From: Anaerolineae bacterium
GTDB lineage: Bacteria; Chloroflexota; Anaerolineae; B4-G1; SLSP01
NCBI GenBank assembly: GCA_018055515.1
Contig: JAGPHL010000002.1
Span: 1-39,981, forward strand
Direction: 5' to 3'
Length of the DNA: 39,981 nucleotides
Shown here: positions 15,325 to 23,235 of the stretch, piece after piece
Layout of the letters: the number at the start of each line of letters is the position of its first letter
Numbering within the stretch: the stretch's first letter is position 1
The notes under the pieces: generated by a model
Databases searched by the model: none
Told to the model about the DNA's origin: nothing
The model's input: the letters and a program-made list of their open reading frames with translations, nothing else
Position numbers and translations under genes: made by a program

Positions 15325-16737
15325 TCAATAAGCGTTCGGCGAGCGGAAAATCTGCAAGACCGTCCGCACGATGATCTTGATATCCAACAGCAACGACCAG
15401 TTCTCGATGTACCACAAGTCGTATTTGGTGCGCTCCGTGATGGACGTGTCGCCGCGCAGGCCGTTGACCTGCGCCCACCCCGTCATCCCGGCCTTTTCAC
15501 GGTGGCGCTCCATGTAACGGGGGATACTGCGCCGGAACTGCTCCACGTAAACCGGGCGCTCCGGGCGCGGTCCCACCAGGCTCATGTGCCCCAACAGCAC
15601 GTTGATGAACTGCGGAAGCTCATCCAGGTTGGTCTTGCGCAAAAAAGCGCCCACGCGCGTGCGGCGCGGATCGTCGGAAGTGGTCCAGCCCGGCCCCGTC
15701 TTCTCGGCGTCCGAGCGCATCGAGCGGAACTTGAGCATGGGGAAAGGGCGTGCGTCTAATCCCATCCGCTCCTGTGCGTAGAACACCCCGCCCGGCGATT
15801 CGAGGCGGATCAACACGGCAATGATCATCATCAGTGGCGAAAGCAAAATCAGCGCCGCCATAGACCCCACGAGGTCCATCCCGCGTTTGACCATCCGCCG
15901 CCACCCCGTCTGGGCGATGTCGCGCACCGTCAACAACGGCAGGCCCCCCAGCTCACCGATGCTCACCGGCCCCGCGATGATCTGGAACAGGTCAGGGTAA
16001 ACCCGAATCGTCACCCGTCCGCGCTCACATTCGGAGATGAGCCAGAGGATTTCCTGATGCGAGGTCTCCTCAGGGAGCGCAATGATGACTTCGTCAGTCT
16101 TGAGAGCCTCGATGATCTCCCCCAGCTGCGCTGTCTTGCCCACCACCGGCACGTCGAGGAGCGCCGCAGGCATATCGCCGTTGTTGGCGACAATGCCTAC
16201 CACATCATATCCCAACGACGGCGTCCAGAGAATCTTCTGCAAAATCATCTGCGCGATGGAACCCGTCCCCAGGATCAACACCCGTCGCCGTCCCCAGCCG
16301 GCGCGTACCAGTCTGCGTCGCAACCAGCTGTTCAGCACCCGTCCCAACGTGAGGAAAAGGATGGACAGCAGCCACACATAGCCCAACATCGCGCGAGAAT
16401 AATCCCGTCCGACGTTGAAGTCCCGCAACAGCAACGCCCCCAGCGCCACCCCCATCAGCGTGCCAATGGTGCAGGCCGCCACGATGCCGTAGAACTCATC
16501 CACGCGCGAAAAGTACGAGAGGTTGTAGAGCCGGGCAAAAAACAGGACGAGCAAGACCGAGACCACCTGGAGCACGAGCATCCCCACATACTCGCGCAGC
16601 GGGCCCATCTCCGCGGCCTGAGGAAAAGGCACCGCGAGACGCAGGCCGTAGGCCGCCAGAAAAGCGGCGCCGGCCATCAGCGTATCGGTCAACAATAGAA
16701 ACAGCGTGAAGCGTCGAATTGCATGTTCGTATTTCAT
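15325..16737 (-). CDS. Polyprenyl-phosphate glycosyl-1-phosphate transferase (WbaP/EpsB-like bacterial sugar transferase)
   Basis: C-terminal block PMLKFRSMRSDAE...DPR.T..G..LR....DELPQFINVLLGHMSLVGPRPERP, with multi-TM N-terminus. The ATG at 16737 overlaps the GT2 stop (ATGA). Confidence 0.9.
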   Translation of the reverse strand: MKYEHAIRRFTLFLLLTDTLMAGAAFLAAYGLRLAVPFPQAAEMGPLREYVGMLVLQVVSVLLVLFFARLYNLSYFSRVDEFYGIVAACTIGTLMGVALGALLLRDFNVGRDYSRAMLGYVWLLSILFLTLGRVLNSWLRRRLVRAGWGRRRVLILGTGSIAQMILQKILWTPSLGYDVVGIVANNGDMPAALLDVPVVGKTAQLGEIIEALKTDEVIIALPEETSHQEILWLISECERGRVTIRVYPDLFQIIAGPVSIGELGGLPLLTVRDIAQTGWRRMVKRGMDLVGSMAALILLSPLMMIIAVLIRLESPGGVFYAQERMGLDARPFPMLKFRSMRSDAEKTGPGWTTSDDPRRTRVGAFLRKTNLDELPQFINVLLGHMSLVGPRPERPVYVEQFRRSIPRYMERHREKAGMTGWAQVNGLRGDTSITERTKYDLWYIENWSLLLDIKIIVRTVLQIFRSPNAY

Positions 16738-17612
16738 AGCTTGAACCTGACCAGGCAGCGCGTGAAGTGGAGAACGACCCAAATCGCGGTGAGAATCAGA
16801 ACATGCAAGGGCCACGGAGTCTCAGCGGCGTAATGTTTGCGATAGAAAATCTCCATAGCGCGCCAGAATTCCACCCGCGCGCGAGGGCTCTGACGACTTG
16901 CGGCGCGCTTCACATGCAGCACGGTGACCTGGGGTGTGTACAGAATGCGCCATCCTGCCTGCTTGATGCGAAAAGCCCAATCGAGATCCTCGCCATACAT
17001 GAAAAAACTTTCGTCCAGCAATCCGACCTGAACGATGGCCTCCCGGCGCACCAGCATGAACGCGCCCACCACCGAATCCACTTCGGCTTCCTCGTCAGGG
17101 TCGAGATAGGTGAGATTGTAGCGCCCGAAGCGTCGGCTTTGGGGGAACAGCCGCGACAGTCCCACCATGCGGTAGAAGGAAACCTCCGGCGAGGGAAACG
17201 AACGCCGGCACGCCAGGTCGAGGCTGCCATCGGGACGGACGAGCTTGGGACCGAGCGCGCCGAGCTCCGGGCGCGCTTCCATGAGCGCCACCACCTGCTG
17301 CAGCGCGTCTGACGGCAGCTCCGTATCGGGATTGAGCAGCAGCGCATAGCGCGGCGCCGTCGCGCCATCGTCCCCGAACCCCAATGCCCGCAGCCCCTGG
17401 TTGTTCGCCGTCGGGTAGCCGACATTCTCCGTGTTAGCAATGAGCATCACCTGCGGGAACTCCCGCGTCACCATGGCCGTGCTCTCATCCGACGAGGCGT
17501 TATCCACCACACAAACGCGAAACATCACCCCGACGCTGGCAAAGACGGTTTCCAGGCACCGTCGCAGCAATTCGCAGGTGTTGTAATTAACGATGACGAT
17601 TCCCAGATCCAT
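16734..17612 (-). CDS. Glycosyltransferase family 2
   Basis: N-terminus IVIVNYNTCELLRRCLETV...VVDNASSDES, and an ED motif (YGEDLDW). Confidence 0.88.
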   Translation of the reverse strand: MDLGIVIVNYNTCELLRRCLETVFASVGVMFRVCVVDNASSDESTAMVTREFPQVMLIANTENVGYPTANNQGLRALGFGDDGATAPRYALLLNPDTELPSDALQQVVALMEARPELGALGPKLVRPDGSLDLACRRSFPSPEVSFYRMVGLSRLFPQSRRFGRYNLTYLDPDEEAEVDSVVGAFMLVRREAIVQVGLLDESFFMYGEDLDWAFRIKQAGWRILYTPQVTVLHVKRAASRQSPRARVEFWRAMEIFYRKHYAAETPWPLHVLILTAIWVVLHFTRCLVRFKL

Positions 17613-17660
17613 CGCCCGTATTCTAACACGAAGGACATAAGGGGCAAACGCCGGGCCGCC

Positions 17661-18326
17661 CTACTCTTCGAGCGGCACCAGCGTCGCCGGGTCGGTCGCG
17701 ACCACGACGGCTTCCCATGCACCGCGCGAGAGCTCCCGCAGCGCGGCCTGAAATTCCTCTACGCGCGCGAGGGGAAAGCGCGCCGTGAGGGTAATGTCCG
17801 CGCCGAAATCCTCTTCCAAGATGCTGCCTTGATAGCGCGGAATTAGCAGGCGCACGCGCTCAAAACTGCTGTAGGGCACGGACAGCAGCAGCACTTGTGT
17901 GACCATCTTCACGGCGCGAGGGGTGAGCGCCAGAACGGCGCGGACCGCATCGCCGTAAGCGCGCACCAGGCCGCCCGTCCCGAGCTTGGTCCCGCCGAAA
18001 TACCGCGTCACCACCACGGCCACGTCCCCCAGACCGCTGCCCTGGAGCACGGCCAGCGCTGGACGCCCCGCCGTCCCTGCCGGTTCCCCGTCATCATGGC
18101 AGTGCGCGATGACCGACGCCCCATGCCCGATGACGAACGCCGGCACGTTATGGGTCGCATCGGCGAATTCGGCTTTGATGCGGGCAACGAAAGCGCGCGC
18201 TTCCTCCACGCTAAAAACCGGCGTCAGCGTCGCGATGAAACGCGAATTCACCACCACAATCTCCGCACGCGCCGGCGCTGCAGGTGTCAACTGTCGTTCC
18301 ATGAGGTCAGTATAACCCACTTCCAT
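17661..18326 (-). CDS. yigZ: YigZ/IMPACT-family protein (UPF0029)
   Basis: SRFIATL..V.S.EEA..F...IK.EF.DATHN..AF and DDGEPAGTAG.P are characteristic. Confidence 0.83.
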   Translation of the reverse strand: MEVGYTDLMERQLTPAAPARAEIVVVNSRFIATLTPVFSVEEARAFVARIKAEFADATHNVPAFVIGHGASVIAHCHDDGEPAGTAGRPALAVLQGSGLGDVAVVVTRYFGGTKLGTGGLVRAYGDAVRAVLALTPRAVKMVTQVLLLSVPYSSFERVRLLIPRYQGSILEEDFGADITLTARFPLARVEEFQAALRELSRGAWEAVVVATDPATLVPLEE

Positions 18327-18401
18327 CCAGGGAAAATCCCCCGCCCTCCCCTGCCGTCCGGCGGCTGGCTAATTGTCAGGTTGTGCAGTGACGAAACACC
18401 G

Positions 18402-18430
18402 TTGACAGCCCCCCGGAACTTGCCTACAAT
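18402..18430 (+). promoter_or_regulatory. Near-consensus sigma70-type promoter (TTGACA-17-TACAAT)
   Basis: TTGACAgccccccggaacttgccTACAAT, read directly. Confidence 0.65.
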
Positions 18431-18541
18431 GAACCTATGATGACGATGGCGCAGCGTGCTGCATTTCTCACCGGGCTGAATCTCCTCGCGTCAGGGGCGA
18501 TTTTGTGTTCGGGCCGCCCTGGCCCGCAATGCTGTGTTCCT

Positions 18542-18577
18542 GTCTCCCTGCCTGGCATCTTCGCAGGGAGACTTTTT
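18542..18577 (+). terminator. Intrinsic terminator/attenuator inside the aminotransferase leader
   Basis: 10-bp stem GTCTCCCTGC / GCAGGGAGAC with an 11-nt loop, followed by TTTTT. It lies 30 nt upstream of the ATG and before the SD. Confidence 0.6.
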
Positions 18578-18606
18578 GCATCACCACAAGATCAAGGAGG
18601 GTTTTT

Positions 18607-19833
18607 ATGACAGTATATGCGAATTCCGTCGAAGGCAGCGTGCGATGGGAACGGTTGTTGGCCGAACGCACTCAACACATGCAGAGCTCCGCGATTCGAG
18701 AGCTGCTCAAAGTGACGGAACAGCCAGATGTGATCTCTTTTGGCGGCGGTATGCCCGCACCCGAGCTCTTCCCCGTGCGCGAGATCGAGGAAGCGTGCGA
18801 GTACTTGCTACGCGAAGAACCGATGACCGCCTTGCAATACAGTGCCACCGAGGGCTACCGTCCCCTCCGGGAATATCTCGCCGAATCCATGGCCAGGTAC
18901 GGCATCCAGCACGGAGCGGATAACATCCTGATCACCACCGGCTCACAGCAGGCCCTGGACCTGGTTGGCAAAATCTTCATAGACACCGACGCGCCGGTCA
19001 TCACCGAGCGCCCGACCTATCTCGGCGCCATCCAGGCCTGGCAGGCCTACGAGGCGCGCTTCCTGACGGTGCTCCTCGATGACGACGGCATGATCGTAGA
19101 TGAGCTGCCGGAATTGCTGAAGAAGGAAACCCCCCGCTTCATCTACGTGCTGCCCAACTTCCACAATCCCGCCGGCACCACCCTCTCCGAAGAACGCCGC
19201 CTGCGCCTGGTCGAGCTGGCACGCGAACACGACCTCATTATCATCGAGGACGATCCCTATGGCGCGCTGCGTTTCGAGGGCGAGGACATCATCCCCATCG
19301 CCGCCCTCGCGCCGGAGCGCACGATCTACCTCGGCACCTTCTCCAAAACCCTGGCGCCGGGCCTGCGCATCGGGTGGATTGTCGCGCCGGCGGAAATCAT
19401 CCGGCGGCTCGTGCAGGGCAAGCAGGGCACCGACCTGCACACCAGCACCTTCGATCAGATGATCGCCAACGACATTGCCCAACGCGGCATCCTCAAGGCG
19501 CACGTGCGCAAGATTCGCGCCGTCTACCACGAGCGGCGCGACGTCATGCTGGACGCGCTCGAGGAATTCTGGCCCGAAGGCAGCTCCTGGACCCGCCCGG
19601 TCGGGGGGTTGTTCCTCTGGGCGCAGGTGCCGGAGCCGATCAACACCCTCGACTTCATGCGGACCGCACTGGCCAACAAAGTGGCCTACGTGCCCGGCTG
19701 CAATTTCTATCCGCTCAAGGACGGCGGCTTCAACGCCATGCGGCTCAACTTCTCCAATGCCAGGCCGGATAGAATCGTGGAAGGCATCCGCCGCCTGGGC
19801 GAGGCCCTCAAGGAAGAGCTCCTCCACCCCTGA
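18607..19833 (+). CDS. PLP-dependent aminotransferase, class I/II (ARO8/LysN-like; no HTH domain)
   Basis: The ATG at 18607 follows AAGGAGGG. The N-terminal SSAIRELLK motif, NFHNPAG and GTFSKTLAPGLRIGW (PLP lysine region) are present. Confidence 0.87.
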   Translation: MTVYANSVEGSVRWERLLAERTQHMQSSAIRELLKVTEQPDVISFGGGMPAPELFPVREIEEACEYLLREEPMTALQYSATEGYRPLREYLAESMARYGIQHGADNILITTGSQQALDLVGKIFIDTDAPVITERPTYLGAIQAWQAYEARFLTVLLDDDGMIVDELPELLKKETPRFIYVLPNFHNPAGTTLSEERRLRLVELAREHDLIIIEDDPYGALRFEGEDIIPIAALAPERTIYLGTFSKTLAPGLRIGWIVAPAEIIRRLVQGKQGTDLHTSTFDQMIANDIAQRGILKAHVRKIRAVYHERRDVMLDALEEFWPEGSSWTRPVGGLFLWAQVPEPINTLDFMRTALANKVAYVPGCNFYPLKDGGFNAMRLNFSNARPDRIVEGIRRLGEALKEELLHP

Positions 19834-19850
19834 GGCGGCGCGCCGTGCGC

Positions 19851-19878
19851 TTGACAGGCGACTGAAACATGGTATACT
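19851..19878 (+). promoter_or_regulatory. Candidate promoter for csp (TTGACA-16-TATACT with an extended TG)
   Basis: TTGACAggcgactgaaacaTGgTATACT lies about 190 nt upstream of the csp start. Confidence 0.6.
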
Positions 19879-19984
19879 CCCGCTCGTTCAGGCACGACAG
19901 CCGTGAGAGGGAATGACAGAATGGTACGCCCGTACATCAGGTAATGCAGAGTGCTCCGCTGCAAATCCCTGATTGAAATGTGTG

Positions 19985-20026
19985 ACAGGCCGTTCAGGGG
20001 ATGCCCTCAGAGCGGCCTGTTGTTTT
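19985..20026 (+). terminator. Terminator-like hairpin within the csp 5' leader
   Basis: ACAGGCCG ... CGGCCTGT stem with an imperfect inner helix, followed by TGTTTTG. Confidence 0.45.
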
Positions 20027-20070
20027 GACTGGACTAACAGATTTACATCAGTATGGAGGACTTACCTGAG

Positions 20071-20307
20071 ATGGAGAATATGGAAAGCAATCAAAGCGCC
20101 GTGTGGACCGGCACCGTCAAGTGGTTCGATGAGAAGAAAGGCTACGGGTTCATTACCCCCTCAGATGGCGGCAAGGACGTCTTCGTTCACTACTCCGACA
20201 TCCAGTCTGGCGGGTTCCGCACCCTTCATGAAGGCGATCAGGTGCAGTTCATGGTCACCCAAAGTGATCGTGGCCTGAAGGCGGCTAACGTCAGCCGCGT
20301 GGCGTAA
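20071..20307 (+). CDS. Cold-shock protein (CSD family)
   Basis: [15 protein letters not shown] (RNP1) and DVFVHYS (RNP2). The start is ambiguous (20053, 20071 or 20080); 20071 has the best GGAGGA spacing. Confidence 0.92.
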   Translation: MENMESNQSAVWTGTVKWFDEKKGYGFITPSDGGKDVFVHYSDIQSGGFRTLHEGDQVQFMVTQSDRGLKAANVSRVA

Positions 20308-20328
20308 CTGACCTCACCTCGAAGCTGC

Positions 20329-20358
20329 AACCGCCCCCTTCTGTTGAAGGGGGCGGTT
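20329..20358. terminator. Hairpin between convergent csp and rtcB (bidirectional terminator candidate)
   Basis: 13-bp stem AACCGCCCCCTTC / GAAGGGGGCGGTT with a 4-nt loop. Confidence 0.65.
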
Positions 20359-20366
20359 ATCGTTAC

Positions 20367-21818
20367 TCAGCCCTTGATGACCGCGATAGGTCGCACGCGC
20401 GCCACCTTGCGCGCCAGGCCCGCCCCGACAACGGACTCCACCACCAGGCTGACGTCTTTGTACGCCTGCGGCGCCTCTTCGGCGAGACCCCGCAAGCTGC
20501 CGGTCTGCACGAAAATCCCCTGGCGCTGGAGCTCCGCCTGAACCTGCTCGCCGCGCGTCTGACGGGTCGCGGCCTTGCGGCTCATCGTGCGTCCCGCCCC
20601 ATGGCAGGTGGAGCCGAAAGTCTCCGCCATTGCCTGCGACGTGCCGACCAGCACGAACGACGTCGTGCCCATCGAGCCCGGCACCAGCACCGGCTGTCCC
20701 GTCTTCTGGAAGCGCGCGGCCAGATCGGGATGCCCCGGCGGGAAGGCGCGGGTCGCGCCCTTGCGGTGCACGACGAGTTTCACCGATTTTCCCCCCACGG
20801 TGTGCGTCTCGATCTTGGCGATGTTGTGCGCCACGTCATAGACCTGCCGCAGCTGCCAGTCGCGGACCTTGCCCGCCAGCACCTGCTCGAACGACAATCG
20901 CACGAAATGCGCCAGCACCTGCCGGTTGGCGAAGGCATAGTTCGCTGCAGCGAACATCGCCGCCAGATAGTCCCGCCCTTCCGGCGAATTCAGCGGCGCC
21001 GCGGCCAGCTCCCGATCAGCGATGGGGATGTTGTAACGCTGAGGGGCGTCTTGCAATCGGCGCAGATATTGCCCGCAAACCTCGTGTCCCAGGCCCCGCG
21101 AACCGCAGTGAATCTGCACCACGACGCAGCCCTCCTGGAGGCCCAAGTCGCGCGCTACCTCCGCATCGAAGATCTCGTCCACCACATCTATCTCAAGGAA
21201 GTGATTGCCCGCGCCCAGCGATCCCAGTTGCGGGACTCCCCGCTCCCGCGCGCGCTGCGGCACCGCATCCGGGCGCGCACCGGGGATGCATCCGCCATCC
21301 TCCGTCGCCTCGAGGTCCTCGCGCGTCGCGTAGCCGTTGGCTTTAGCCCACGCCGCGCCGCTCTCAAGCACTTGATCCAACGCCTTGGGGCTCAGGTGAA
21401 CCGCGCCGCCTTCCCCCACACCGCTGGGACAGTTGCGGTAGATCGTCCGCGTCAACGCCTCCAGGTGCGGCATGATTTCTGACTGCGGGATAGTCGAAGC
21501 CAACATCCGCACACCGCAGTTGATGTCGTACCCCACCCCACCGGGGGAGATCAGCCCCGTAGCGACAGGAAACGCCGCGACGCCGCCGATGGGGAAGCCG
21601 TAGCCCTCATGGACATCGGGCATCGCCATGGCCGCCTCGACAATGCCGGGCAGCATCGCCACGTTGCACAGCTGCTGCACCGAACTGTCGCCAAATGCCT
21701 GCTCGAAGACCTCAGCGCTGCCGAAGATGCGCGCCGGCACCTGCATCCGTGGGTCATACGTCTTCGGCAATTCCCAAATGTAGGGGGTCAGTTGTCGGAA
21801 ATGGCGTTTCTCGATCAT
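20367..21818 (-). CDS. rtcB: RNA 3'-phosphate/2',3'-cyclic-phosphate to 5'-OH ligase RtcB
   Basis: 483 aa with hallmark blocks: MPDVHEGYGFPIGGV, GYDINCGVR, GSLGAGNHFLE, HCGSRGLGH, HNIA, GSMGT.SF and the guanylylation His in CHGAGR. Confidence 0.95.
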   Translation of the reverse strand: MIEKRHFRQLTPYIWELPKTYDPRMQVPARIFGSAEVFEQAFGDSSVQQLCNVAMLPGIVEAAMAMPDVHEGYGFPIGGVAAFPVATGLISPGGVGYDINCGVRMLASTIPQSEIMPHLEALTRTIYRNCPSGVGEGGAVHLSPKALDQVLESGAAWAKANGYATREDLEATEDGGCIPGARPDAVPQRARERGVPQLGSLGAGNHFLEIDVVDEIFDAEVARDLGLQEGCVVVQIHCGSRGLGHEVCGQYLRRLQDAPQRYNIPIADRELAAAPLNSPEGRDYLAAMFAAANYAFANRQVLAHFVRLSFEQVLAGKVRDWQLRQVYDVAHNIAKIETHTVGGKSVKLVVHRKGATRAFPPGHPDLAARFQKTGQPVLVPGSMGTTSFVLVGTSQAMAETFGSTCHGAGRTMSRKAATRQTRGEQVQAELQRQGIFVQTGSLRGLAEEAPQAYKDVSLVVESVVGAGLARKVARVRPIAVIKG

Positions 21819-21830
21819 CCTTCACCTCCT

Positions 21831-22751
21831 TCACATATCGAAGACCAGCGTCGTCTCCAGGCCCACAGCGCTCTGGCGGATGGCAATATCGTGGAAGGTA
21901 GCCGCCTTGACCTCATTGCGGCGCGCCGTGACCTGCGCCCCTAGCGCGAGCGCGCGCAGCGCCGTCCCCGTGAGGGTCTCGAAGCGAAAGGCGCCATACG
22001 CCCACTGCCCGGCGCCGGCCTCGCTGAGGTAGAGCAGCTCGTTGAGCCAGTCCACCAGCAACGCCTCCCGATCCCCCGCGCGCAAGGTGACCTGTTCAGC
22101 GTGAGTGAACGTCGGCGCCGTCGCCGCGGCGCTCAGCGAGAACATGCCCCGCGCCGCCGCAACAAACAGCCCCGGCAGGTCCGGCGCCCACACCCGCAAC
22201 GCCAGATCCGCCGTGTGCTCCAGCTCCTCCCAGCCCCCCATCCCCGCCTGCGCCGCGACGATCCATTCCTCGATGAAATTCGCCAACGCCATGTCAGCGT
22301 CGAGGGCGAAGGCAAGCCCATCCCAACTCAAATCGGGCACGTCGGTGACGCAGGCGATGCGCCCAACCAGATCGGGGAGCACATCGGGGGCGCAAGCGGC
22401 GCGCACCACTTCGATTTTGGGCAGCGGGCCGGTTTTATCGCCCTCGACCAGCACGACATCCACATCACGGATCCCGGCAAGCACGTCCCCGAGGGCCGGC
22501 GCGGCGACGCGACGGACCTGCGCCACCCGCTCCGGCGTGATCAACACGGTCTGCACGGCGCCGGCGTCCCAGAAACGACGGGTGTCCTTGCCGGGCAAGT
22601 CAGTCTCGAGGTCGGCGTGTCGCGTGTGCTTGATCGCGGCCACGCGATAGCCACGCTGCGCCAATGCCGCAACCACCCGCTCGAGCACCGTCGTCTTGCC
22701 GACGCCACTTCGCCCCACGAAACTAAAGCAAGGAATGGCCCAACGTTCCAT
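21831..22751 (-). CDS. Two-domain fusion: MobB-like P-loop GTP-binding domain (N-terminal) plus archease (C-terminal)
   Basis: The N-terminal half resembles MobB (FSFVGRSGVGKTT, AAIKHT.H, LPGKDT, VVLVEG.K). The C-terminal half resembles archease (WEELEHTADLALRVW, EALLVDWLNELLY, VKAATFHDIAI). The ATG at 22751 places the P-loop near the N-terminus. A 12-nt spacer with AGGAGGTGA separates the stop from the rtcB ATG. Confidence 0.85.
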   Translation of the reverse strand: MERWAIPCFSFVGRSGVGKTTVLERVVAALAQRGYRVAAIKHTRHADLETDLPGKDTRRFWDAGAVQTVLITPERVAQVRRVAAPALGDVLAGIRDVDVVLVEGDKTGPLPKIEVVRAACAPDVLPDLVGRIACVTDVPDLSWDGLAFALDADMALANFIEEWIVAAQAGMGGWEELEHTADLALRVWAPDLPGLFVAAARGMFSLSAAATAPTFTHAEQVTLRAGDREALLVDWLNELLYLSEAGAGQWAYGAFRFETLTGTALRALALGAQVTARRNEVKAATFHDIAIRQSAVGLETTLVFDM

Positions 22752-23136
22752 TTTCAGATTCCGTTCCGCCTGTCGGGCGGCGCTCCCAGGATTCCAGGAA
22801 TTCGCGCACCAGAGTGAAAATTTCTTGGGGAGCAAGCGCGCTGGTGTCGAGGTAGAAATCGCAGTGCTGACGGGCATGGGCCAACCGGAACTCGCGCTCC
22901 TCCACCCACCAGGATGAAGGCGCCGCCAGTCCCTCGCGCTGAGCCGCGACGTCCATGCTCACATCGAGGTAGATCAACACATCGGGGTGGGTGAGGCGCT
23001 GCCACATAGTCGGCGTTACCGAATGCTCCTGGCGAATCTCGCGCACCTCGTATCCCGCAGCGCGCAGCCGCCGCGCGAGCACCGACTTGCCCGCAGAGCA
23101 CGGCCCCACGATTCCGACCAGTGGCTTCGTTGTCAC
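22723..23136 (-). CDS. Small P-loop NTPase/kinase-like protein (137 aa)
   Basis: Walker A GPCSAGKS at residues 11-18 and a Walker-B-like VLIYLD. GTG start. The 3' end overlaps the next gene by 29 nt. No specific family was recognised. Confidence 0.6.
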   Translation of the reverse strand: MTTKPLVGIVGPCSAGKSVLARRLRAAGYEVREIRQEHSVTPTMWQRLTHPDVLIYLDVSMDVAAQREGLAAPSSWWVEEREFRLAHARQHCDFYLDTSALAPQEIFTLVREFLESWERRPTGGTESENGTLGHSLL

Positions 23137-23163
23137 TTCCTCACAGCCGGTTCCCAGCTGGCT

Positions 23164-23197
23164 AAAAAAAATAAAACCTTGCGCTCGGGTCGCAATT
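23164..23197 (-). terminator. Candidate intrinsic terminator after the PP2C gene
   Basis: The minus strand reads TTGCGacccgagCGCAAggTTTTATTTTTTTT. The stem is short (5 bp) but the U-tract is long. Confidence 0.45.
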
Positions 23198-23235
23198 AGA
23201 TCTGTTTTTTTGCTGCCTGACCGCGTCGGTCCTGC

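Noticed and set aside
18437-18610. The 57-codon leader ORF (MMTMAQRAAFLTGLNLLASGAILCSGRPGPQCCVPVSLPGIFAGRLFASPQDQGGFL) treated as a real protein gene.
   Set aside because: It shows no family resemblance and has mixed codon usage. It spans the terminator hairpin and SD of the next gene. It is kept only as a possible regulatory leader ORF within the attenuator finding.
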